A stretch of DNA of 64,000 nucleotides from Phoronis australis (taxonomy: Eukaryota > Animalia > Phoronida): the NCBI GenBank assembly GCA_002633005.1, contig NMRA01000420.1:62001-126000 (forward strand), read 5' to 3'. A program made the position numbers and the translations under genes. The notes beneath the pieces were generated by a model. It was not told the DNA's origin. It saw only the letters and a list, made by a program, of their open reading frames with translations, and searched no databases. Below are positions 13,238-26,830 of the stretch, piece by piece; position 1 is the stretch's first letter, and every line of letters starts with the position of its first letter.

Positions 13238-16200
13238 GTACCATGTTACACTTGGGATATCAACACTCCATTCCGCAATACCCAATCCAACTGCACTGTA
13301 GACATTTTGGGAATAGTGGAAACACTGTTAATGGTGAAAAATTGAGAGTGTTGTCAATTTGTGGTGGTTTTACTGAGTAGCTAGGAATCAAGACTAGAGT
13401 ACACAATAAGACAAAATGACGGCAATACAATCATTTGTGATGGAGGGGGTAGGTGGACAGAAATGTGTGGTAAACAAGAGAAGACCTTTGCATAAACTAG
13501 GGAACTGTCCCTAATAAAGGAAAACTGAATGGTAACATGAGAAAGCTAAGATTCTGAAAAGGCACAACCTTATTAAATACTGAAGCCTTGTTGACTGAAA
13601 ATGTCACAGACATATTGCAGAGGTAACAGACCCAAATCGGACAAATAAGGAACTGTTTTGTGAGATAAACCCGTCATCACCAGTACCCTTATCAAAGCTA
13701 TTTAAAAAAATAGCAATTTATAACCATAAGCCTTTGTCCCCCTAAGTACTCGAGGATTTAAATCAACCAACTTCCTGGTCATTTGCAGATAAGTACATTA
13801 CTTACCTTAGCGACAACTCCCAGCAGTTTCCACGGGTTACGTACTTACGCTTTACAAATTTGTTTTGTGGACACTTTTGCGGTTGGCTCAAGGAATACCA
13901 AACATAATGCAAGGCAATAATCAGGGTACTGGGGCTACCACTAGAGAGAAATGCCAGGCAAGTGCTTTCCACCAATTACAAATGCCATTGATTTGATCAA
14001 CTTGATGCCACTGTAATGCTTGCTACATTCCAATACATAACAGTACATGCGCTTTGAAAGGACATTACAAATTTAAAATTAACTCTGGTCTCTGTGTCCT
14101 GTTAGTGAATCTCAGGGGCACCCATTCATGAATTACTAAAACAGAGCATTTTTTAAACAAAAATTTTATTGAATAGCGTTGTGGACGTCCAAATATGGGA
14201 ACTGTTTGGATTTTGGATATGTCGTACCCCGTTTACAGTGAAGTTCATAGTCGATTATTGAATCGATTTATCTAGATCGCTTCATGTCTGCCTCCACAAT
14301 AATAATTATTAATAATGTAATATTTACAATGAGGGTAGCCCCATCAGTTCACAGTGCTTTCCATGGAGCCCTCAAACCGATTTATACGTTGCACCGTCTG
14401 TTGAAAGAATCTCATGCTTACTCACTTCTCAACTTCCTGTTAACAATTCTTTTTCATGGTGGTTAATTGGATTGTTTTTCATGTTGCGTCATTAGTTTTG
14501 TTTTTAATTTTTATTCGTCAGAGCATTCCATGATAGTAGGTGAAATCAGAGAATATACAACTTTTGTGATACCTGGCTTGAACGAAGGTAGACATAGCAA
14601 CCAAGATCACTATTTTGCACTATATTAATTGCCGAATTTGCCATTATCCCATTTTTTCAAAGACTGGTTAGTTTAATACAAATAATTCAAGTTTTAAGTT
14701 TAATCGACTGTAGCTCGTAACAACTTGGATTTACAAAAATATAACATGCTTCCTAAATTGATTTAAACCCCAAACCGATTTTAATTTGATTTAAAGTCTC
14801 CAGTGTAAATGAGTTATCAGTGAGTTTGTGAGCACTGTAGTATTTAATGCAGTTAATGTCAATTCATACTATTCCTTCGTTACCAACATTTCCATAAAAC
14901 TGCTGACAAATTCTCCAAGAATGCACAATTTCTCAATTGGCAAGCTGAAATTCCCTTCTCAGAAACAGCAAACATGAGGATTACTTACAAGTGAACATTC
15001 ATCACTTTAAAACACCAGGTCATTTAATCACAAATGTTAATGGATAAAAACATCAGCAGACAAGTTACCAAGGTAACAGTGTGTGTATTAGTTAGTCAGA
15101 CAGTGAGTCACTGTCTGTTAATGGATACAGCCATGTACAGTCTTCACACTCACATTGATGACAGCTTGCAGAGCAGAGCACCTTATAAGTTTGCACCTTT
15201 AGGTCTGCTGCATCAGTGAGAACTGAACTAGATTGTTAATTTGCTAAGCCCATATTGATTGTTTTAATAAATTTACCGGGTATACATTAGATTATACAGC
15301 AGTTATGAGCCTGTCTAGCTACCTTAGTACGTATTATTACACCGTATGACCAGGTGCAGATATTTTTGCCAGGTGCAGGGCTGTACACTGTCTAGGCAAG
15401 CAGGTATGCTTACTACAGACTGTGTTCTTATCTACATCATTTCAAGAATAGAAGGTGGAATGTTTGTCCACAAACCTCTGGTGGAAATCAAAACATTATA
15501 TGTACAACAGATCTGTATCAGCATATTGAATGGTTGCTTATCAGCATGGTTCCACCAACTGAGTGCATGTCATGACAAGTTAGGCAGTTTCAGAACAAAA
15601 ACTGATGAATGAAAAGTTGAAGAGAACACGTGTGAAAGTCTCAGGATTGTGATTTTACATTTGTCAACAATTGTACGTGGCCAGTGACTCAACTATTTGC
15701 CTCCTCATAGGAATAACCATTTTCCAATATAGCAATGATGCCGCTAGATGGCGACACAGGAGTTGGTGTACAGCATTCTGTATTTCTGTGTTCTTACATG
15801 GATTTAGTGCACTGGGATATTTATCATCATTTTTAAAAATTCTTTGCGACCATCATGCTGTCAATTTGCCACTGTTATGCAGTGAGATGCTCAAAGGATT
15901 CACAAAAAACGTCCGACTCAAAATTTCCGCGAATGAAACGAAACGCGTTTCGTCCGTGCTAGTTCGACACATTTTACGCACCAGAATTCTTAATTGGGTC
16001 AAGGTCAAGCGGCTTTTGTGACCTCATAATGGTGATGAGTTGCAAGTACAACGTTTCCTATTATTCAGGTGAGGGGGAACATGACCCTCCCCAGTATCAG
16101 TCTATTCTCCTCCCTTTGCAAGACACTCGCCAAAAACTACACAACGTACTGCTTCGAAAGATCATTTTGGTTGCGTTCCATAGACACAATAATTTCCAAC

Positions 16201-18540
16201 ATAAGCCTAGTGTGATCACGTGCTTTCGGAAACAAGAACCGAAAGAGCTTCAGGCAACCCTGGATCTATATTACAATAATGCATTCATAATACCATATAA
16301 ACACTAGCAGTGCTTGACGCTTAGGTTAACGCCAAGTCACATGTGACGACCGGACAAAAATCTGAGGTCACCAGACGAAACCTGAGGTCGCAAAACTGAA
16401 ATTTGTAAAATCTGGGGTTGTCGATCCGCGTTGGATTCATAGACAAAAATGGTTGTGTTGTTGTGCCACACGCTCAAAATCATACCCGTAACTCTCCAAT
16501 TTCTGACGTGAATGTTGTACGTTTTCTCCCGCCAAACTACGAACATGGAATGCAGACGATCCCATACACGAATTTTTCACTGATCTCGTTCGATTTTTGT
16601 CAAACAATTGAGACTTCCGTCTGTTTACTTTCTGTTGTAATTTAAGCGCGTGTTTGATGAGTACTGACTGCTGTCATGGCAAATACACTGACTTCACGAA
16701 ATAAACAGAACTATTCTGAATTAAAGGTAACAAAACCTAAGAAGTTTTATTACTTTAGTTTGGAAGTCAACACGAACTATGAAACTAATTTAGGAGGAAT
16801 TATTGTCTGACTTTGATACTCGCAGTGGGGACTTCGTGGTGACATGAGATGTTTCCCAGGTCGCCAAACACAATCTGAGGTTGCATTGGCGACCTGTAGG
16901 TCTTCAAATTGAGTGCTGACTAGTAACTCTGCATAACGCTGGCATTTTAACCAGTTTTTGAACATAGCATTCAACTGCAGTCTCATCCCGTGAATCTTCC
17001 TGTCTCCCTGTCTCGCATGACCTGGCATTTGCTAGGGTTCGGGTTCGAATAGTCTCAAATTACTGCATTCATGAATAAATGAGAACTAAATATACAAACT
17101 ATCCTATGATCAATGAACCTGTGTTCTGTGGGCGAACACTTTCCTTACAATTGTTGTATCAGCAATTACCTAACAGCACAGTACTGTACACTCATGGTTA
17201 AAGATTTCAACTTAGAGCACAAAAACTGGGAATCTTGTGATCAGCTAATGTTGCAGTCCCATACACCAACATATTCTTTACAATTAACAATGTATTTGGG
17301 TTATGGGGCAAGACCATCTTGCTTAACACCTTTTGAAATTCAAAACAGATGCTGCGAGTCCATTGCTGAGAGGCTGACTGCATCAGTGAACTTCCAAACA
17401 TTTCACCATCATACTAGCACAACAAACACAATAATACATTACAATTTCACCTGAACATGACTCAACTTTAAAGCCCACTCATTGATGACATGCTGATATT
17501 AAAAAAGCTCACTGATGAATAAATTTTCACTGCATAATTTACAGTCGTTATTTTGACTGTGACAAAACTGGCTCATACTCATCCAAAATTTTCTCACTCT
17601 CACTGACGATTCAACCAACATGTTGCCCAGTGAGGCAGTGACACACACTCAACCAAACCTAGTTTATTTTTAACGGTGTTGGGACAATAAAACATGTCAT
17701 TCTAACAAACTAGTCTTTAAACCTACATGATTAACATATTGTGTCCTGTCTGACATACTTTCACTTGTCAGTGTCATCACAATTGTTTACATTCACTAGA
17801 CTCAATAGTTTGGACTAAAAGTAAAAAACAAAAATGCTATCACCATGGTTTTTCTGGGTGTTATGGGGACATTTCCCTCTTGCCCTGCACCAAGTAGTGG
17901 AATATTTACAACTATGCATCAACACAAGAGATGCCCAACCAATCCTCTCCATCAAGGGATTGTAAAAGGCATGTGCAGCTGAGTCTGTATATATTGACTG
18001 GGATATCATTGTAGGCATGTGTAACTCATCAAAATACCAGCACTGAACTGGGTCATGTGGTATCCCCATTACAAATGACACCATGGCAACAACAAATTAA
18101 CACGGAAGTGGGGAGTTCGCTGGGCTTGGAACATGTCATATTTGAAAGCTTGTTTGTTCTGATAACAAAACCAACACACTAATCAGCTCCCGTTGGTCAA
18201 AAACATGGCACACATAGTTGAAAACATTTTTGTCGTACATTCTTTCACAGTTCACCTACCCATCTAACGTACATGCCTCAACAACAGGTTTTGAGAACTG
18301 GTGTTCTGAAAATGCGCAAGTCAAATTGCATTTACTGTTGAGCTAAACAATACAGTTTTCTGACCCTTTTCTCAAGATGAGTGAAAAACAGCTCAACAAA
18401 CAGCAATGTACAGTTTTTTTACCTTATAAATGTTGAACACGCTCAATTTTGTTTTCAGTTTCCAATGATTTGGCAAAGTAACTTACATTCTTCAAATTAC
18501 TGAACTAGATCACAAGCCATGTTACCAGAGGATTCATTCA

Positions 18541-18827
18541 CAGGGCTGTCAATCCCTCCCAAATATCGGCCCCATTCTCTCATGAGACCCAAAAATTCCC
18601 TTCAAGTGATTGAAAAATTCCCCTCAAGGCTCCTATCACTTGTATCTCACAAAGGTGACAAGCTGAGAGCATGAAAAATGTTAGTTTTGTCTACTTGAGG
18701 CAGAACCTATGAGGGCTTGCAATAGGGCATGGGGTGCTATTGATGGTGATCGAGAGGTAGAATTTTCCCCTCACCCAAAAAATCCCCTCTCAGAAGGCAC
18801 CTTTTCCTCGGAGGAACGAGGGCCCTG
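18541..18827. mobile_element. MITE with 5-bp TSD (hAT5-like)
   Basis: CAGGGC...GCCCTG termini flanked on both sides by ATTCA; internal AAAATTCCCCTC subrepeats. Confidence 0.6.
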
Positions 18828-19040
18828 ATTCAGAATTTAAAAAATAAAGTGTCCAAAATCGGTTTCCTAATTTCTCTGGGCGTCCATGACCAATGACCCC
18901 TGACTAAGTTTTGTTGACCCCAGGTCAAATTGCAGTCTGTCCATTTGGATGCTCTGGACACGCTCTAGATGAAAGCCTGGAAGTCACCCTATAGGCTGCT
19001 TTTTGATATCATACACGTCTTTATATTGTCTTCTGAACAG

Positions 19041-19259
19041 TGTTAGGTAGTTCTCAATACTGTCTCCTGGATATTAAGTGGTTCTCTATACTGTCTCCTG
19101 GATGTTAGGTAGTTCTCTATACTGTCTCCTGGATGTTAGGTGGTTCTCTATACTGTCTCCTGGATGTTAGGTGATTCTCTATACTGTCTCCTCAATGTCA
19201 GGTAGTTCACTATACTGTCTCCTGGATGTAAGGTGCTTCTCTACGCTGTCTCCTGGATG
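19041..19259. repeat. 31-bp minisatellite, 7 copies
   Basis: Unit TGTTAGGTAGTTCTCTATACTGTCTCCTGGA repeated head-to-tail with no spacers. Confidence 0.95.
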
Positions 19260-21434
19260 GCTCATAGATGACCATCACAACTGAACATCTCAAGCACACT
19301 TACTTAATAGAAATTTTAACAAGACTGTGAACTGGGCCAAACGAATCATGTCTGGTAATGGAGTACTGAGTTGGAAGGAATATATTAACATAGATTCCCT
19401 CTTTACAGAGGCACATGACCTGTCCAAACAGGAGCCAGAAAGGAGCAGGTAAATGTCCGCACTTTTGGACAGCATCTCACTTTATCTTAGAATGTATTGA
19501 AATCAGTTACAATGGAAAGCACTCCTGCGTTACAATCAGACTCTTATCTGTATCCTTCTGTCCACTCTGTGGCAAGAGCCTCTAGACATACCAGAGATAA
19601 CACACATTGTGTAATGTTGAATGATGACTTGAATTTCATAAAGCATCACACACTAATGTTGATGATGCACATATTTCGGCTAAAATTAACAAGCATGGGG
19701 GGTCTCTCTATGGGTTGCCAGTACATAATGCGCAATGCGTGCTCTAGGTATGATTTTCCGATGTTTTGGGCTATGAGGGGTTTCTTTCTCATAACAGCTT
19801 GTCTGGGCTTTTTCTTTCCAAAGAAACATTTCATGCATTTAGGCAATGTCATTGAGGAAAACTCCAGATTTAACCAATCGACTTTCTAACATTAGGTCAC
19901 AACTTTAGGCTATTTATTTCAACATGGACAGTTTTTCATTGTCCTAAAACTCTCCATTACAGCCTATTTTTGAAGGTCATTCTTAAACATGGGTTCCAGG
20001 ATGTCAGGGTCGTGCCCTCTATTGTTCTCTACAATCCACTTTGACTCATTGCAATCATGAGTTTGAATTTTGCCCTGGTGAGTTTGGCTCACCTGCATGG
20101 AGTTTGAAAATCAATGCAACCAGTTTAAACTACAAGGAGATGAGTCACTTTTAGCAAAATGGGATATGATAGACACTAGCTAGACATGGATTTTCAAACT
20201 TGTTCAGGAATTTTGCAAATCCCTCATTGCTCAAGTTTGAAAGTTTGATGTTAAAACACTGCAGCGGTACTTAAGTTTCACTAAATGAAAGAACACCCAG
20301 AGTACGTATTGGTCAATTTTGGCGAAACCTTGAATTTCGATAAAAAAATAATTGCCAAAATTCTTTTTAGTCATTAAATGCAAATGTATAACTGTAATAC
20401 TCAAAATTATATATCTGATGCCAACCTCTAGTTTATAACTTACAACTGGATAAGCCTTAATTAGGTACAAACTGACAAACGAGATGATAAAATATCACCC
20501 ATCCGCAAAATTATGACTCAAATTGGCGAGATCTTCTGTAAAAATGTTTCACAAATCCACACGACTGGCCAGTCCTTCCATTATCAGCTGGTTACAGTTG
20601 AAAGTTATCTCTCATTTAAAACTGAAGCCATGCACTAGGCCAGTTCCATAGACTCAATTATCATACTTCTCCATTTCACCTTGGAGCAGGATGTGGAAAT
20701 TTAGTTCAGCGATAAAGCTGCTGCAATAAGTTTTAATGAAAAACCGTTGAAGCATACAGAGGTATTTTCTTACCATTCTCCTACATGTAAGCAGTATTGA
20801 GCAAGATAAAAACTTTGATGCAATATCTACTAAAAGTGAAAAATGATGTAAAATGTTTCTGGAAATTCGTTGGAAAAATAATTAAAATTTATTTATGCAA
20901 AGAATGGAAAATTACCACAGCACATAATCAGTGCTCTGTGACTGGTCTAGGTCTTTATGGAAATTATATAGCCTTCCTATTTGTACTGTAAACACAACAC
21001 AATGAATGGAATTCATGCATGAAAACAATCTTGTTTTCCGCATTTTCCCACGGCCTTACCGAGAAGTCATGTGTTTTAATGAGATGCCAAAAATGCAGAA
21101 GAAAAACTGTTTAAGGGAATACATTAAAAAGCAACGTTAGCAACAAGAGACGTTATCAAACATCACAGCAAGATGATAAATAACGTGACTCATCTATAGC
21201 AAATGTGGGTATGGCGGTCTGTCAGTTGAGTTATCAATCGAACTACAGACTGGTATTATCAATATAACAGTCAGAGGCGACAAGTGCACTTTCATACATA
21301 TTGCTTCGAGACAAATAGTCAGTTTTAAGTACCAAATTTAGTATGTCGTTTTTCTGTGATTGCCATTGAGGTAATTTTAAAATAATTAATGACATTTGCA
21401 ACAGACATCTCGGCAGATAGAAAATAGGTCATAC

Positions 21435-21536
21435 CTGCTGCCAGCGGTCTTCCAGTGAAGGTTGAGCTGAAAAATACCCCGTATCGTGGACAACTTGTAA
21501 TTCTCGGAAGATGTTTCCACTCGGAAGGATATCCAT
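21435..21536 (-). CDS. KLF6/7: KLF6/7 (luna-like) Kruppel-like factor, coding exon 1
   Basis: Manual translation [34 protein letters not shown] resembles the conserved acidic N-terminus of vertebrate KLF6/KLF7. Kozak CACCATGG; phase-0 donor CAG|GTATGA; 102 nt. Too short for the ORF track. Confidence 0.95.
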
Positions 21537-22130
21537 GGTGTTTAATACACGTATCGCTATGGACGAAAAATATTTACAAATTTAAATGAACAAGCTTGAG
21601 GCCTAGAAGACAAGACCAGAGACGGCCGAAGACTTGTCATCGGCTACTTCTGAGCGAGGCGGGCTTGAGAGGTCAATTGCTGACCTGAATACAAATTGAC
21701 AAGTCGCTATTGACGTTACCCAATGGCAGAACACATTCAAAATTAACGATAGGCGGAGTTACAAACACATTCAGCATCGTGATTGGATAACCTTTTCCCA
21801 TTCGCACTATATATGGGCAGTGAATGAGACATGATATGATGAATATTTTTAGACGCATTCCAGTTATGCACTGGAGGTTGCGCTTCAGCAAGAAGGTCGA
21901 TGTTCCTTTGTTGGCTTGCGCTTCGGCAGTGGCAATGCACGGTGATCGGTCACACTGGTCACGGCGTACAGCCGTAAAACAAAATTTCCACAACCTGGAC
22001 CTAGGACGTGTCGAGATGAGTGGTGTTTTCAAAGCCACGTCGCTTGCTATTTCCCACGAAAGGGTTGAAGAGGGTCCATAATTTTTCAACCCAATAGGAA
22101 AGGGTCTGACCCGACACGTCATATGACTCC
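21537..22130 (-). promoter_or_regulatory. KLF6/7 5' UTR and proximal promoter region
   Basis: CpG-richer stretch directly upstream of the ATG, with CCAAT boxes (near 21720, 21781, 22091), CRE-like TGACGT motifs (near 21711, 22115) and a GC-box-like AGGCGGAG (near 21751). Confidence 0.5.
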
Positions 22131-22249
22131 AAGCGTAAAAGAACTTTTGTAGACAAAAACCAGAAAATAAAAGCTAGAAAGAAAATACACCTAATGACTG
22201 CCCGGGGTATTCTTTAATCCTGCGGCCGCAACCCGCCTTACTGAATGAG

Positions 22250-23757
22250 TCATTGATTCACAAAAAAGAAAAAGTGACACTTCACCTTTTTAGACTGGCC
22301 TTGCGCAAGTTCTCGTAGCGACACTGAGTTGCAGCTCAGCGGCTTGTTACTTAGGGAATTATTGAGCTTTGCTTTTCGATTTACTCTCATCTACTTCAGT
22401 TTTTCGGCCCGCGGTGCAGTTCTTCGGCCCGCGGAGCAGTTCCTAAGTAATTGCCTTCATATGGAAAGGGGATTGAGAAAAATATAGTTCAACTACTCGG
22501 AATTTCTGGAAGCCTCAACGTTTTCAAAGTCAAATTTTGTCATATTCATTCACTCAAAATACGAGCTTTACTTGAGAACGGGATTTGGCGGTGTCAGTAA
22601 GAGCAGAAGTTTTGCCAAGGGTCAGGCCGCTGCGTCCGCAATATGGCGGCGAGCCGCCAGGAAACACACTGGGGCTGCCGGTACAAATTGAGCAAACTTT
22701 ATCCAAGTGTCTATAAATGTGGGTCCTGTTTTTTAAAACTGGATCCATATTTATAGACACCTGGATAAAGAGGGCTTAAAAGCCCTCTTTCGAATAGGTT
22801 TGTACTCAAGGCAAAAATTATAGCCTAGCTCTTGGTATAAACATAGGTATCATTTGTCATTTTTGGCCTGGTATGAAGTAGGAATCAGTTTTGGAAGTAC
22901 AGATACAATAATTTCCTAAAAAAGAGGCAGAGGTCTGACCTGTTCAGGGAAGAACTGGAACGTCGAATTGCAATGTAGCGTCTTCGATCGTTTCAGTANT
23001 CATTCAGTGATTCACAAAAAAGAAAAAGTGACACTTCACCTTTTTAGACTGGCCTTGCGCAAGTTCTCGTAGCGACACTGAGTTGCAGCTCAGCGGCTTG
23101 CTACTTAGGGAATTATTGAGCTTTGCTTTTCGATTGGCTCTCATCTACTTCAGTTTTTCGGCCCGCGGTGCAGTTCTTCGGCCCGCGGAGCAGTTCCTAA
23201 GTAATTGCCTTCATATGGAAAGGGGATTGAGAAAAATATAGTTCAACTACTCAGCCAGGAATTTCTGGAAGCCTCAACGTTTTCAAAGTCAAATTTTGTC
23301 ATATTTATTCACTCAAAATACGAGCTTTACTTGAGAACGGGATTTGGCGGTGTCAGTAAGAGCAGAAGTTTTGCCACGGGTCAGGCCGCTGCGTCCGCAA
23401 TATGGCGGCGAGCCGCCAGGAAACACACTGGGGCTGCCGGTACAAATTGAGCAAACTTTATCCAAGTGTCTATAAATGTGGGTCCTGTTTTTTAAAACTG
23501 GATCCATATTTATAGACACCTGGATAAAGAGGGCTTAAAAGCCCTCTTTCGAATAGGTTTGTACTCAAGGCAAAAATTATAGCCTAGCTCTTGGTATAAA
23601 CATAGGTATCATTTGTCATTTTTGGCCTGGTATGAAGTAGGAATCAGTTTTGGAAGTACAGATACAATAATTTCCTAAAAAAGAGGCAGAGGTCTGACCT
23701 GTTCAGGGAAGAACTGGAACGTCGAATTGCAATGTAGCGTCTTCGATCGTTTCAGTA
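22250..23757. repeat. Near-identical direct tandem duplication of about 750 bp joined by a single N (22999)
   Basis: 22250-22998 and 23000-23757 differ only by a few SNPs and small indels (e.g. CTCGGAATT vs CTCAGCCAGGAATT). Confidence 0.95.
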
Positions 23758-25969
23758 GCTCACACGTTCAATGGGTAACTAGACGCGCGGGATAGCTTTC
23801 ATTTGCTCGTAAACACGAGTCTTGGACTGGCAGCGCAACTCTGAGATCGATTAGGCTGTCAGACCGTCGAATGCGCACACACTCGTACACAGGAGCGGTA
23901 TCCAACCCGAGGCAATTGTTGCCGAGGCCCCGTGGCGGTCCCTCTTCCCATTCCTCTTCTCACGATAATGGGAAGAGCCGGGAACCATTGCTTACTGGAA
24001 TCTCGGAGAGCGGAAAGAAGAGGTATGCGAGACATTCGCTCAGACGGGTGACTTTTTCAAGACCAGTTTCCCTAGGGAATGGCGCTCTTACAAAATCTTC
24101 TTTGAAATGACACATTTTCCGATCTAATTTCCTACAAGAGGGTTCAATTTTGGAGTTCGAAACTCTACAACAGGTTCGTTTTTCCATCAAGTACACAAAT
24201 CTACAGAAGAGTTTTTAATATTATCTAAACTTTTAAAGGTTCAGTTGAAAAAAATGAACTAGGACAACTTGATAGTTCTTCATTTTTGCATTGTCTCAAG
24301 CTAACGAAGAATCTCTTGAAAGCGCTATGGTTATTGAATTAACCCCTACAAAAGAGTATCACTTTCGGAACTAGACCCTACAAAGGCTATATTTTTTCAT
24401 GGACGCTCCATACAAATGGTTCCCTTTCTCGACTGAACCCACTGCTACACGGTACGTAGGGTATTTTAATTTTCTATCCTGTCAAAAATGTAATCGAATA
24501 TCCGGTTAGTGAAATCTAGACCTGTTCCTAGGAAAACGGGCAGACCTACCACGTGATGAAAAGTCGCCAATCAAATTAGGGAGGCTGCCGCTGCCATTCA
24601 GTGATTACCAGACCAGACTCCCATGAGGATGAGGTGCTGAGATCACGCATCAGCCTCCTGTTCAGTAACTCTAGGCTTGGGGGGTAGAATTCGCGCGAAT
24701 CCGAGGCGACGCATGTTTTAATTTTCAGTTTTGATCCTGTCCTAGGGGGGAAGGTTAAAGCCTCACGGTTAGGCCACGCCAACCGTAGTTACCGTTGCGA
24801 AGTCCTACAAACGGTAGGCCAATAAAGCTGATGTCCCAGCAAGCAGCAACACATTCTCTACGTTGCGTTTTTGATCATATTTCACGTACTGTAATTGCTG
24901 CCCGCATAGCTCTTGGGGAAGCAAACGGACAGCTTTTACAGCGGTATATCAACGTTACCAAGCCTTTGGGACCATTCATAAATTACGCCAACCCCTTGAA
25001 ACGCCGAGCTTCATCCGTATGTCTGAGTGATTCAAATCGATACTATAGGAGCAGTTAGTTCGCATTGTACAAGATAAGGTGCTCAAGTAAGTTATTTCCT
25101 AACACAAATGATGGTGGGAAAGTGGCGCTGAAATATTTTTAGTGTCCACTACTGGTGGTCTCAGCGTTTCGTATCTTGAGTTGTCGACGAGACCAAATTT
25201 CTGTAAGTTACGCTGTTATCGGAACACGCGTTACACTTCTGAGTGCTAACCCCTTAGGCTCAGTGTAAGTCAAGGGCTTTGTTTATTCGAGAAAGGGTCA
25301 CTTTACATTTTTTTTTGTTTGAGGATAGGCTTAGTTTTGAACTTAACATGAAAGAAATCAGTTTTACTTCCAAAAATTTTCTCCATCAGTTTAATTATTA
25401 ATTCACATCAGATACTGTTACAGAAAAGAAAATAGAAAATATTTGTGAAACGTTTAAGAAGGTGAATTTCTTTAACTTTGTCCTTGTTCATCATCATTCA
25501 ATCGTGAAGCCTGTTACGTGCTTTTATCAGCGACAAGTCATTTCCCTAGTTCGTTCTCCGCCTCGCTGATTCGCCGCGCGTACCCCAAGCGCATCGTAAA
25601 ACCACCTTATTATGCTTACGTTAGCAGCAAAGTTTGAAGGGCAAAGACAGCGGACCGTCGTTGTGTTTATAAGATCCGCGCTACTTGATTGGTTGGAATT
25701 AATTCTCAGTTGTCGGACTGTCTATCTCTTTTCGGCCGACAAGAGAATCATGAAATACCGGTACCTTAGGTTTTAAAGTTTTAGAGTGGAACCATGTGAA
25801 CATTCTAAGAAATATCGTTTTTTATACAGAAGATATGGCCTTTAAATGGTTCAAGTTGCGACTGATTTCTAAGAATAGCAGCTGTAACGTGTTGATGACA
25901 AACAGAGTCAGGGGCAGATCCAAAGGGGGCTCCAGGGAGTTTATACCACCTCCTCTGTCACTTCGCTTT

Positions 25970-26054
25970 TAAATTGCAGCAGTGGAGAAATGTTATTTTA
26001 AATTGCAACAGTGGAGAAATATTATATTAAATTGCAGCAGTGGAGAAATGTTAA
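25970..26054. repeat. 29-bp tandem repeat, 3 copies
   Basis: AAATTGCAGCAGTGGAGAAATGTTATTTT x3, just after a CAGGGGCAGATCC MITE end. Confidence 0.85.
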
Positions 26055-26719
26055 ATGCCCCTTATATCTGTCTATTGTCGAACTCCCTGCCCCCCATCTG
26101 ACCGTCATTAATTGGCATGGCTTAAAATTCAGTTTTCCCCTTTATGACATTATCTATTTAGTAGGAACGCAAGATTGTTAATGTTTTCTTGGTATTTATT
26201 ATACTAGAATTGTAAAATAGTGTGGTCAAGTGTTGTGGGAAGGTCAGTTTGTAAACGCAGATGTCACTTTTGAAATAACATCAGAAGCTCGAGTACAATA
26301 AATATGTAATAATTAATTTCAGCAGTACAGGAACTGGCGTACTAAGATGGCGAAATTGAAAATGAAGTTGGTGAGAGCTCAGTAAAACTCATACCTTTTA
26401 GATATCATTGAACGAATCCATTATACGATATGAATGCTATAGTCACAGCCCAGCTGAGGAACATCATATTCTTGTCAGCCTGCAGACCTCCCGAAGTTCT
26501 CATGGAACTGGAAAAAGCCGGTAGAAATGCTTTGCTTTATTTTGGCGTAAGCTCTTTAGACGGCCTAGTTTTTTTTTTTGCTGTGACGTCGTAGGCCTAT
26601 CTCCGAGGGTACATGTAGTAGTGTAGGGTACAATTTGCCTGCACGTGCATTAGTTGGCTTAAGGGTCGGAAACGACCTCAACGCTAACTCTGGTCACAGT
26701 ATTGGAAAAAACGTGGTAG

Positions 26720-26830
26720 AGTTCAGTAGCTGTCTCACGGCTAGAAAAATCTACCCAAATTCACGTGTTCTCATTTAAAATATCGTGTAATCTCGCGTGG
26801 TTTTGCTTTTCTAGAGAGGTCCTAGCGTGG
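26720..26830 (+). repeat. Dispersed repeat fragment with an inverted copy at about 62553-62670
   Basis: AAATCTACCCAAATTCACGTGTTCTCATTTAAAATA...TAATCTCGCGTGGTTTTGCTTTTC...GAGGTCCTAGCGT aligns with the reverse complement of 62553-62670. Confidence 0.7.

Noticed and set aside
19041-19259. 31-bp repeats of CRISPR-like length
   Set aside because: Units are contiguous with no unique spacers, there are no cas genes, and the site is a eukaryotic intron: a minisatellite.
22554-23519. Duplicated 68-aa ORFs (MSINMDPVLKN...)
   Set aside because: By-product of the 750-bp duplication; GTG start and no protein-like features.
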